NCBI GenBank assembly: GCA_965204375.1
Contig: OZ241986.1
Coordinates: forward strand, 4,544,001-4,608,000
Direction: 5' to 3'
Origin: Candidatus Latescibacterota bacterium
Lineage (GTDB): Bacteria; Latescibacterota; UBA2968
Length of the DNA stretch: 64,000 nt
Below, piece after piece: positions 29,553-38,049 of the stretch. Below the pieces are notes generated by a model. It searched no databases and was not told the DNA's origin. It worked only from the letters and a program-made list of their open reading frames with translations. The translations under genes and the position numbers were made by a program. How positions within the stretch are numbered: position 1 is the stretch's first letter; every line of letters starts with the position of its first letter.

Positions 29553-29579
29553 AGGCGCGACCAGGCCGGTCGCGCCTAC
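29553..29579. repeat. REP-like palindrome (GTAG family)
   Basis: AGGCGCGACC-AGGCC-GGTCGCGCCTAC. Confidence 0.65.
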
Positions 29580-29587
29580 TTTCCGAT

Positions 29588-31099
29588 ATGAAGCACTACG
29601 CATACATCACGATCCTTGCCTGTCTCTTGCCGTGTACCTGCACGGCCTACGAACTTATCGGCACAGCGACATTATCTGAAACTCTCGTCGCACAGCACTA
29701 CACCATCAACCCCAGGCTCAATGCCGTCATCGTCGTCGATCGCACCATCCCGTCCTTTGAATACCAGACCTTTTACTGCGCGGGTTCCGCAGATGAAGCC
29801 GAAGGCGAACAAGGGCGGCTCCACTTTTTAGAGCATATTATGATGGGCAGAGGAAGCTATGAACCGGGCGAACTCAAACAAATTATCGCCGAGAACAGCG
29901 GGCAAAGTCACGCCGCGACGTATTATCATTTTACCCGCTTTACACTGAGATTTCCGAAGGACAAGTTCGACCTCGCCGTCGAGATAGACCGCAACATATA
30001 TTACGATACAGTAATTGATGAAGAAGTCGTGCAAAAAGAAAAAAAGATCGTACTCACAGAAAGAAGCCAAAGACTGGCACGACCAACACTCCAATCTACA
30101 AATTATTTTTACGGTTTAATCTATGGAAAGAAAAATTTTAATGGCCTTGGCACGGAGACATTTATTCGACAACTCGAACCCGTTGGTCTGAAAGATTACT
30201 ACGAAAATTTCCTGTGCGAGCAAAAAAGACTCATCGTCATTATCGGCGATGTGGATATTGACCATGTCCTCACCAAACTCGACGAGGCTTATGGCAATGA
30301 TATAACGCCGGCCAAATTGTACGCGTGGCCATCCCCCGACCGGGACGTGCTTGGAAAAAGATTAAAAAACTCTTCAAACGAGCTCCCTTTTACCATATTC
30401 AGAAAGGGCTGGTACACCCCCAATTTAGGCCATCGCGACTATGCGGGTCTGCTCATTGTAGAACGTCTATTGGAAAAGCCCTCAAATTCTCTGGGTGCTT
30501 CTCTGGTCAATTCTCGGCTCGCAAAATCTTTCAGAGTCTCAGTAGGCAGCTATAAGGGATTCGGCTTGATGACTTGCTATGCAGAACTGCCCCATAATAC
30601 ATCTCGAAATACGATCCAGGACATGATCTATGTGACATTGGAGAATCTGAAAACCATTTCTGAAGCAGAACTCAATGCCGCCCGAAACCAGAAGTTGACC
30701 ACAATGTATTCCACATTTTACAACCGATCGAGCATGGCGAATTTATTTGGTAGAGCATTTGCCCACGCCGATGATCCCCTTCTCTATCCCAAATTGATAC
30801 AAGACCTTAAATCCATCCGCACAGAAGATATTCCGCGCCTCATCGACGAATATCTGAAAGATGACAATTCGATCACCCACTCCCTCACAGAGCCAGAAAA
30901 AAAAGAACCAGCTCCGCGAAGATCCCTGCACTTTGGGCACTATACAGCTATAGTACTGACATTGATCGGAGCTCTAACCCTTTTAGGCGGTATTGTCACA
31001 CTATTTGTAAGGGGAATAAAAAAATGGCGGAGCAAGACCGAGACGATCATTTCTCCAAAGGTGATACTCAATGATGCGATTTTTAACCCCGATATTTAG
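29588..31099 (+). CDS. M16 family zinc peptidase, catalytic subunit, with signal peptide and C-terminal TM helix
   Basis: AGSADE...HFLEHIM (HxxEH), EKKIVLTER, IIGD. Confidence 0.85.
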   Translation: MKHYAYITILACLLPCTCTAYELIGTATLSETLVAQHYTINPRLNAVIVVDRTIPSFEYQTFYCAGSADEAEGEQGRLHFLEHIMMGRGSYEPGELKQIIAENSGQSHAATYYHFTRFTLRFPKDKFDLAVEIDRNIYYDTVIDEEVVQKEKKIVLTERSQRLARPTLQSTNYFYGLIYGKKNFNGLGTETFIRQLEPVGLKDYYENFLCEQKRLIVIIGDVDIDHVLTKLDEAYGNDITPAKLYAWPSPDRDVLGKRLKNSSNELPFTIFRKGWYTPNLGHRDYAGLLIVERLLEKPSNSLGASLVNSRLAKSFRVSVGSYKGFGLMTCYAELPHNTSRNTIQDMIYVTLENLKTISEAELNAARNQKLTTMYSTFYNRSSMANLFGRAFAHADDPLLYPKLIQDLKSIRTEDIPRLIDEYLKDDNSITHSLTEPEKKEPAPRRSLHFGHYTAIVLTLIGALTLLGGIVTLFVRGIKKWRSKTETIISPKVILNDAIFNPDI

Positions 31100-32414
31100 C
31101 TTTGTTCTACTTGGTACTCTATCTGCGTTTGCCGAAATCCCCAACCACCACATCTTTTATCGCATCGACAAACGCGCCCCCCTCACCAAAATTGAGATTG
31201 TCTTTCTCGGCGCGGGAACCGGTGTGGACGTCCCTTCGCAGATTGGCCGTGCACAAACAGTCTCAAAATTGATTCGGGAGACGGCAAAAAAACAGGGGCA
31301 CACGGATCAACTCGAAGCATTGGGCATCAGTCTGAGTGTCGCGACCTACACCGAATACCAGACCATCTCCATTTACGGCTTATCCGAGAACATTGGCAAA
31401 GCAATAGAAATAGTCCGCAACCTGATATATAACCTCGCGTTTTCCGAGTATGATCTGAAATATGTAAAATCACAACTCAGTGCCGATTACAAAGATAGGG
31501 TCAAAAGCGGAACCAATATCTATACACTAATGAGAAACCTGGCACTGTCACAGACCTTTGACATCCTGAAAATGCGCTCATTAAAAACGCTGAATAATCT
31601 CTCACTATATGAAATCAAACTATACGCCGATCGGCTCCTGAAGACAGACGTGGTATTCTTTAAGGTCATCTCAGACCGCGATTCCACTGAAATTGCGGAC
31701 TTACTTCGTCCCCTCACAGAAGAAAGGAAGATGCGCGGGCAGGTGGGCGGCTTTGTACATTCATTGAATTTCCCATCAAAAAATGCCAAAGGTGGTCCTG
31801 CTGCTTTTATTTTTGAGGGTTATTCACATTTAAAAAATGTATTCTGCTATTGGGTGATCCCATGCGGCCACATAGGTGAAGAAAATTATATTCCAAACCT
31901 GTTATCGGACACGCTTGGTCAATCGCCTGAGTCCAGGTTGCTCTATGAATATTTCAGAGAAGAATTGAAATTAATCTATACGACTTATGTCAGGTATCTA
32001 TCCGAACAAAATGTCCGATATCTCGAAATTTACGCCGATCCTCAACTCCATAATAGCGAAGAATTGATCACCAAAATGTTCGACTTCATCCAAAACCTGC
32101 CCGACAACCCTCGCTTTTGGGAAACACTCAAAGAACAGCGCGAAACGAACGATATATCTTTTGTCCACGACGAAACACCGCAGCAAAGCCTCAACCAGGA
32201 AGCAAGCAGAGCCATTCACAATACACAAATCCGCAAAGGCGGATTTGATGCCGTCACCGATGATGAAGTGCGCGCCTTTCTCGAAAAATTCTTTGTACCT
32301 CAGAATATGATCATGATCTTCCTCGGTCCCAAGGATCACATTATCGAAATCCTGAACACCCATTGGCCCGAAGTCGATATTCGCGTTTACAATGTCAAAG
32401 AATTGATCGAATAA
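31071..32414 (+). CDS. M16 peptidase-like non-catalytic partner subunit
   Basis: No HxxEH; YFREELKLIY resembles the M16 RxxxGLxY motif; overlaps upstream M16 gene. Confidence 0.68.
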   Translation: MMRFLTPIFSFVLLGTLSAFAEIPNHHIFYRIDKRAPLTKIEIVFLGAGTGVDVPSQIGRAQTVSKLIRETAKKQGHTDQLEALGISLSVATYTEYQTISIYGLSENIGKAIEIVRNLIYNLAFSEYDLKYVKSQLSADYKDRVKSGTNIYTLMRNLALSQTFDILKMRSLKTLNNLSLYEIKLYADRLLKTDVVFFKVISDRDSTEIADLLRPLTEERKMRGQVGGFVHSLNFPSKNAKGGPAAFIFEGYSHLKNVFCYWVIPCGHIGEENYIPNLLSDTLGQSPESRLLYEYFREELKLIYTTYVRYLSEQNVRYLEIYADPQLHNSEELITKMFDFIQNLPDNPRFWETLKEQRETNDISFVHDETPQQSLNQEASRAIHNTQIRKGGFDAVTDDEVRAFLEKFFVPQNMIMIFLGPKDHIIEILNTHWPEVDIRVYNVKELIE

Positions 32415-32449
32415 AAAAAGCCCACCCGCTTTTCAGCAGATGGGCTTTT
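32415..32449. terminator. Intrinsic terminator
   Basis: AAAAAGCCCA...TGGGCTTTTT. Confidence 0.7.
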
Positions 32450-32480
32450 ACATATATCGAATTGCCTTTCGTCTTCTTCC

Positions 32481-32561
32481 TTCACACTTCACACTTCACA
32501 CTTCACACTTCACACTTCACACTTCACACTTCACACTTCACACTTCACACTTCACACTTCA
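32481..32561 (+). repeat. Heptamer microsatellite (TTCACAC)x11 plus partial copy
   Basis: Perfect tandem array ending in the opine dehydrogenase stop codon. Confidence 0.95.
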
Positions 32562-33647
32562 TAATCCTGTCTCCAAAAACGCATTCAAATCATCCAGACC
32601 CATCCCCTCAATCCCCAACTCGCGCACGCTACGCCCTGAAGTCCATCCATCAAAACCCATCACCACAGACGCAATATCCACCAGCCCGCGCATCAACGGC
32701 GCATCCACCCCGTATTGCGCGCCCACATCGTGCCATGCTGAAAGACCATAAGGAATATCCTCCGTGAGCCATCGGCTCTCAAGCGACCCCGGTGCCTTGA
32801 GTTGCGTCAGCATCCGGCTGCCATTAATCGCCGCCCACAAATCGCCCTTTGGCCCAAAACCCGCGCGATAAAACGCCTCATCAGCCGCCACCAGATCGTA
32901 CCCCAAAGCCTTTGCAATCGCTCTGCGCTCTGCATCCACAGCCATAATCGTCTTCGCCACAGACGGAGAAACCCCCTCCTCGTAAAAATAGAACTCCCCA
33001 TGAGAATACTCAATCCGCCCCGCATTCATCAACACACCCGCGGGATGCACAACCGGATTCATCGCAGACAAACCACACGCCATCACCGTCGGATACGTCT
33101 GAATACCCGGAAAAAAAGGCGACAGGCGATCGCGCACCCGTTCAGTCTCCGTCGCTGGCAAAACTCCCAACCCCAACCCCGTCACAGTACCCCAAATCGT
33201 CGCCGTATCCGGCGCAGTCTTCCGACACACATAAGGCGCGGTATCCACCTCAGCAAGCGCGACACCTTCCACACCCCGTTCCCTCAACAGCGTCGCCCAT
33301 TCCAGCGTACCCAACGTCCCCGGCATCAGCACAACCGTATGATCGGGTCCCAGATAGGGCGCACACGCCAGTGCAAACGGCTTATGGGCATACGCCGGCA
33401 CAATCACCAGAATCAGATCCGAGGCATTCAAAGCCGCCTCAATATCCGTCGTCAAACTATGAACTCTTGCCGCCCCCGTCTCCTCAACACCGACCAGATG
33501 AATCACGCCACTATCGCGCACGGGATCGAGCATCTCTCTGAAATCCGGCAATTCGCAAAGCGTAACCCCAAACCCCTTCAAAGTCAGATTCGCAGCCGTA
33601 GCAAACGCCGTATTACCCCCACCCAAAATTGTAATATGTTCAGACAT
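32559..33647 (-). CDS. NAD/NADP-dependent octopine/nopaline (opine) dehydrogenase family protein
   Basis: ITILGGGNTAF, NPVVHPAGVLMN, FYFYEEG, RWLTEDIPYGL. Confidence 0.88.
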   Translation of the reverse strand: MSEHITILGGGNTAFATAANLTLKGFGVTLCELPDFREMLDPVRDSGVIHLVGVEETGAARVHSLTTDIEAALNASDLILVIVPAYAHKPFALACAPYLGPDHTVVLMPGTLGTLEWATLLRERGVEGVALAEVDTAPYVCRKTAPDTATIWGTVTGLGLGVLPATETERVRDRLSPFFPGIQTYPTVMACGLSAMNPVVHPAGVLMNAGRIEYSHGEFYFYEEGVSPSVAKTIMAVDAERRAIAKALGYDLVAADEAFYRAGFGPKGDLWAAINGSRMLTQLKAPGSLESRWLTEDIPYGLSAWHDVGAQYGVDAPLMRGLVDIASVVMGFDGWTSGRSVRELGIEGMGLDDLNAFLETGL

Positions 33648-33690
33648 AAGGCATCGTCCTCTCCAAAGATCAAAATATTCGACGTATTTT

Positions 33691-34299
33691 TTATTTCTTC
33701 TGAAATTTCTCGGCGTCGGCAGGCCATTGGCTCTCTCGGCACTCATCGGCATGCCACAGCAGTTCGCGCGAAAGCTTTTGAGCAGGGGGAGGTAATTGAA
33801 CTATAACGATCTGGAGACCTGCGATCCGACCATGTTTCATAGCAGGCACACAATCGGTGTCACCCGATACGAGGATGATCCGATCCACGGCTTTTGAAAC
33901 CGAAAAAGTCGCAATATCGAGCCCAAGACGCATGTCAACACCTTTTTGTTCAAAATCCGGGTAAAAGTCATCATCGGAAAGTGATGTGCTCTTTACTGGA
34001 ATCTTTTTGAGCTTGAAGCCCCGAAATTTTAGAACGCCACGACGAACCGCAAAGTAGTCTTTGGCCGCCAGAATATCCAGCCAGCCATGTGCATCAAATG
34101 CTCTCCTGTCTCCAGACACTGGAAGACGCACCGTACCTGTGTACGGATCGCAGTCGTAGTATAATATTCGAAAAAGTTGCTCATCCTTACAAACGATACT
34201 CAGTGCAACCTTCTCAATAAAATCTGGATTATAGCGATAGACCGGACTTGCTGCTTTCCTCAAATAGCCTCCATCAATCAAAATCGTCACTTTCGGCAT
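33691..34299 (-). CDS. NYN-domain (LabA/DUF88, PIN-like) ribonuclease
   Basis: ILIDGGYL, RILYYDC, EQKGVDMRLGLD, LVSGDTDCVPA, HAD. Confidence 0.9.
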   Translation of the reverse strand: MPKVTILIDGGYLRKAASPVYRYNPDFIEKVALSIVCKDEQLFRILYYDCDPYTGTVRLPVSGDRRAFDAHGWLDILAAKDYFAVRRGVLKFRGFKLKKIPVKSTSLSDDDFYPDFEQKGVDMRLGLDIATFSVSKAVDRIILVSGDTDCVPAMKHGRIAGLQIVIVQLPPPAQKLSRELLWHADECRESQWPADAEKFQKK

Positions 34300-34311
34300 A
34301 CACGCACCTCT

Positions 34312-34420
34312 ACAAAAAATAAAAGCCCCTGTGCGTCACCACACGGGGGCTAAAAGATAGACTCGCCTACGAGCGTAGCGGATATAAACCAAATGTAGCG
34401 TATTCCCTACTTTTTGTCAA
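34312..34420 (-). ncRNA. Putative promoter-driven short leader RNA (about 75 nt) ending in an intrinsic terminator, upstream of NYN gene
   Basis: TTGACA (34420-34415), 17 bp, TACATT (34397-34392); then structured CTACGCTCGTAGGCGAG; then AGCCCCCGTG...CACAGGGGCT-TTTATTTTTT before the RBS. Confidence 0.55.
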
Positions 34421-34482
34421 CTAAGAGAAATTAAAAATGCGAATCTCGCTTTTAACTCTTGAAAGGGTCAACTTCTTAAAGA

Positions 34483-34716
34483 TCACGTTACGCCGATCGG
34501 TTCAATAATGTCGCCGAGAATGCGAATTTTGTCCCGATCCCTGCCAAAATTCTTCTCATGATAGGGGACGAGGCGCGACACAGGTCGGCCATTCTTGGTA
34601 ATGACAATCTCGGTGCCCCCCTCGGCAACCTCGTCCATTAGCTTGAGGCATTTGGCCTTGAACTCAGATGCCTTGATCGTCCGAACATCAGTCGAATTAT
34701 TGTCGTGCGTATCCAT
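34483..34716 (-). CDS. Phd/YefM family antitoxin, no cognate toxin adjacent
   Basis: TIKASEFKAKCLKLMDEV...IVITKNGRPVSRLVP. Confidence 0.85.
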   Translation of the reverse strand: MDTHDNNSTDVRTIKASEFKAKCLKLMDEVAEGGTEIVITKNGRPVSRLVPYHEKNFGRDRDKIRILGDIIEPIGVT

Positions 34717-34748
34717 AAATAGTCCCCTATTGCATCGTGGCAAAAGGC

Positions 34749-35051
34749 CTATCCCTTATAGCGAGGAATAGCACTCGCTTGACCTTTCCTGCTTTCTACA
34801 GTTGCCATATAAACTGCTAAAGTAGCCGAGTTTTGGATTCTGTCAAGGTATTCGATAACCTTGTCTTGAGGGAACTGGCGAAAGAAGCTACGCAACTGAA
34901 GTGTCCGGTGAGCCGCAGGATCTTTTTCTATAGAGAGTTTGATCTGAAAAGGCTGATCACCAGAATATGCATAAGCTGAAAACCCCTCGCCAAGTCCACC
35001 TCGCCCAGCGAATAAGTCAATAACAGGAATTTTAGTAATATCTCCTGACAA
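34749..35051 (-). pseudogene. N-terminal fragment of a C5 DNA cytosine methyltransferase
   Basis: IPVIDLFAGRGGLGEGF (motif I), LSIEKDPAAHRTL; no PC catalytic motif; only 100 aa. Confidence 0.8.
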
Positions 35052-35079
35052 GATTTACCTTCCGTTGGAAGAGAGAGTC

Positions 35080-35121
35080 GCGTCTGGATTGCGGCTAACA
35101 CCATGCTGCAATGACGATTGT
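35080..35121 (-). repeat. 42-bp dispersed element upstream of an accessory gene (copy 2)
   Basis: 36/42 identical to 24979-25020; contains TTGCAGC-ATGGT-GTTAGCC. Confidence 0.7.
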
Positions 35122-35128
35122 AGCGAAC

Positions 35129-35701
35129 CTACCATCCTAAATCAACAATCCGAAGCTCAAACCCCGGCAACTGATCAGAAGTATAAACATCGCCTTCCTG
35201 CAATTCCCGAGCCAAATAATCGCCCTCGCCGCGCGAAAGAAACGTAACCACTTTTCGAAAAGGATCGACAATCACGTACTCTGCCACACCCAGATCGAAA
35301 TACTCGCCACGCTTCAAAATATAATCTCGTTCTTCACTCCCACTGCTCACAATCTCGAAAACGAGATCGGGAACAAGATCGTAAATATGTTCAGCAGACA
35401 CATCTTCCAAATACACGGCAATATCACCGACCCGATCCGTCTGGTCCGAAGTCCGTATCCAGCCCTCGGGCGCAATGAGTTCAATCATCCCCGAATGGGT
35501 ATGTCTATACACATAGAGCTTCTCGAGAATTGCGGAAACCACCTGCATATGTGGCAAATCGCTCGGCTCCATCACAACCAATCTCTCTTCCACACGCTCA
35601 TACCGATAGGGTGCATCCCACTCCGCCTCGGCAAACTCCTCATCCGTCAGCAACCGCCCTTGATCCTTCAAACCCAATTTCAAGTGTGTTTTTGTCATCA
35701 T
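35129..35701 (-). CDS. Uma2 family (DUF820) PD-(D/E)XK endonuclease-like protein, paralog 2
   Basis: RYERVEERLVVM.P...H, PDLVFEIVS, K..EY...GVAEYVIVDP. Confidence 0.88.
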   Translation of the reverse strand: MMTKTHLKLGLKDQGRLLTDEEFAEAEWDAPYRYERVEERLVVMEPSDLPHMQVVSAILEKLYVYRHTHSGMIELIAPEGWIRTSDQTDRVGDIAVYLEDVSAEHIYDLVPDLVFEIVSSGSEERDYILKRGEYFDLGVAEYVIVDPFRKVVTFLSRGEGDYLARELQEGDVYTSDQLPGFELRIVDLGW

Positions 35702-35703
35702 AC

Positions 35704-36279
35704 TCACCATCCCAAATCAGCAATCCGAAACTCAAACCCCAGCAATTGATCAGAAGTATAAACATCTCCCTCTCTCAATTCCCGAGCCAAATAATCGCCC
35801 TCACCGCGCGAAAGAACCGTAACCACTTTTCGAAAGGGATCGACAATCACATATTCTGCCACACCCAAATCGAAATACTCTCCACGCTTCAAAATATAAT
35901 CTCGCTCTTCACTCCCCCTGCTCACAACTTCGAAAACAACGCGGGGAATCCTCTCGTACTGTTGATCGGACTGCGGCTCATCTTCCGTGAGATAAACGCC
36001 GACATCCGCCATGCGATCCTGTCCTTCCCCCGTGCGAATCCACGCTTCTGTCGCTGCCATTTCAATCATTCCCGGATGGGCTGCATCGTAAAGAGAGAGC
36101 TCTTTCACAACAGCCCATACCAACCCCAAATGCGTCTTACCACTTGGCGACATAACCACAAGCCTCCCTTCCACGCGTTCATATCGATAGGGCGCATCGC
36201 ACTCCGCCTTGGCAAACTCCTCATCCGTCAGCAACCGCCCCTGATCCTTCAAACCCAATCTCAATTTTGTCTCCAGCAT
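35704..36279 (-). CDS. Uma2 family (DUF820) endonuclease-like protein, paralog 1
   Basis: Same motifs; GGAGG RBS before ATG 36279. Confidence 0.88.
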   Translation of the reverse strand: MLETKLRLGLKDQGRLLTDEEFAKAECDAPYRYERVEGRLVVMSPSGKTHLGLVWAVVKELSLYDAAHPGMIEMAATEAWIRTGEGQDRMADVGVYLTEDEPQSDQQYERIPRVVFEVVSRGSEERDYILKRGEYFDLGVAEYVIVDPFRKVVTVLSRGEGDYLARELREGDVYTSDQLLGFEFRIADLGW

Positions 36280-36293
36280 GGCCTGACCTCCGT

Positions 36294-37454
36294 TCACGAC
36301 TCATTTTTCATCGCCCACTGTTGCTTCTTCTCTCTCATCTCCGCATTCAACACCACCTCGCGCTGCGGCGTCTGGTTCTCGCCATCCTGAACCCACTCGC
36401 CTTCGCGCGACTTCTCTACCGGTTGTCGCTGTGCCACATCCAGAATTCCAAACTTGCGATGCGGTTCTTTTTGATACCAGTAAGCCACAGACGCCATCTC
36501 ATTCGCCAGATGATTGCCGTGCCCGTGCTCAATCGTCACCTTAATCTCCTTTTCAAACCGCACCGGATTGGTCAAATGAAACACATAAGACGTCTGATAC
36601 CCACCCGTATTCCGCTCGTAAATCGACGACCCATTCATCAAAAACGCATTATCCTGCATCCCCCACGCCTGATTGAGATAATCTTCGCTACCAGTACCGT
36701 GCAACTCCGGCGGCCACTTGTACCCATCCACCCAGATCATATCATCGCCCTCGCCCCACCATGTTCCCTGAAAATTGGTCACCGACAAATTGCACCCAAT
36801 ATAGTGCCCGACACCCGTCGCCTCCAGAATCACGTAATTTCCATCCCACGCCTGCCGCTCAACATTGACAATATTCGCCTCTGGCGTATTCACGCGAATC
36901 TCATGCCCCCAGCCATCGCAGGGATTTTCCCTGTGAAATTGCGCGTGAAAATACGCTGTATCTTCTCCCCAGGGATCGTCGTACAACTCGTAATCCACGT
37001 AAAAATATTGTCGATAAGACTCATCGCCCTCATTCGTCACCTCAACGCGCGCAGAACGATTAAACGGCATAAGCAAATAGCAATTTAGCGCAGCATTGGG
37101 CACAAACTGATTCTCGCGCTGTGCATTGGCAGACGCGGAAAAGGGCAGCGATTGAAAAGACGTGGAAATACCGTGCCCCAAACAAAAGAAATCTCCCAAC
37201 GGCACCTCGACACTCGGATCGTCTTCATCATCCCAAAACATCTTTAAGACCACATTGCGAAAAGCACCCTCCCCACTCTGCGTCATCCAGATATGCGTAA
37301 TACAACCCGGTCCCTTGAGATCGGCCAACACGCGCGTCTCGCCGCCCTCAATAACCCATGCATCGCCATTTCGTCCGCTGTTATCCCATGACGATGCCCG
37401 CAGTGTCCTAGCCTTTTTGGTCTGTGTCAGTGAAGCGAGCAAATGAGCGTCCAT
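36294..37454 (-). CDS. DUF2961 / glycoside hydrolase family 172-like protein
   Basis: GPGCITHIWMT, PLGDFF, WWGEGDD, HGTGSEDY, VTIEHG, SVAYWYQ. Confidence 0.88.
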   Translation of the reverse strand: MDAHLLASLTQTKKARTLRASSWDNSGRNGDAWVIEGGETRVLADLKGPGCITHIWMTQSGEGAFRNVVLKMFWDDEDDPSVEVPLGDFFCLGHGISTSFQSLPFSASANAQRENQFVPNAALNCYLLMPFNRSARVEVTNEGDESYRQYFYVDYELYDDPWGEDTAYFHAQFHRENPCDGWGHEIRVNTPEANIVNVERQAWDGNYVILEATGVGHYIGCNLSVTNFQGTWWGEGDDMIWVDGYKWPPELHGTGSEDYLNQAWGMQDNAFLMNGSSIYERNTGGYQTSYVFHLTNPVRFEKEIKVTIEHGHGNHLANEMASVAYWYQKEPHRKFGILDVAQRQPVEKSREGEWVQDGENQTPQREVVLNAEMREKKQQWAMKNES

Positions 37455-37685
37455 ATCTTCTCCTTGTTAGCGGTTAGCAGTCAGCAGTCAACGTCCAGAA
37501 TATTCGGAATTTTATCCACCGCGTCAAAGGATTTTTTTAGAAAAAAACAATACGCAAAAAAAATGCATTGTTTTCCTGTCGCACATGCGAAACCCATTTC
37601 CCTCAGCCTCAAATTTTTGCTCTAAATCTCGCATATACAGGCAATTGGACGCACGCACAACGCAATGCCGGTAAAGTTACAATTT

Positions 37686-37731
37686 AAGCACATTTGGTAT
37701 TGACTTTTTTAATAGACCACCATATATTGTG
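37686..37731 (+). promoter_or_regulatory. Tandem NrdR boxes around a -35 element
   Basis: Strong box CACCATATATTGTG (37718-37731); weaker box AAGCACATTTGGTA starting 32 bp upstream (37686); TTGACT at 37700-37705. Confidence 0.72.
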
Positions 37732-38049
37732 CTTGCAGTTGTTAGTGAAAATTTATCCGCTCTCCCCCTTTACCCATTTTTTGCAAACTCAAACAAATCA
37801 TTACAACTGCGTAAGTTATTATTATATTTCGGGAAAACAAATCCATTGTTCGCAGTCTCTCCCCTCCTCTGCGATTGGGATTTCCAACCTTATGTTTTCC
37901 CGATTTGTTGTCTTAAAACACATCCCCAGACTCATCTTTTCAACCCTCCCCGTTGCGATCTTTATACAGCGGTTACGGGTTTATTTTTTCTGCCAGAACC
38001 CACGGGAGCAGATTCTTATTGGTTCTTGGCTGGCATTTGGGAGGCATGC

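Noticed and set aside
32363-32767. ORFs containing HTSHFTL repeats
   Set aside because: Translation of the TTCACAC microsatellite and antisense overlap with the opine dehydrogenase; not credible proteins.
35129-36279. Diversity-generating retroelement template/variable repeat pair
   Set aside because: No reverse transcriptase present and the differences are not adenine-specific.
37729-38049. 107-aa N-terminal extension of NrdA in the ORF track
   Set aside because: Overlaps the promoter/leader region; RBS and ATP-cone start support ATG 38050.
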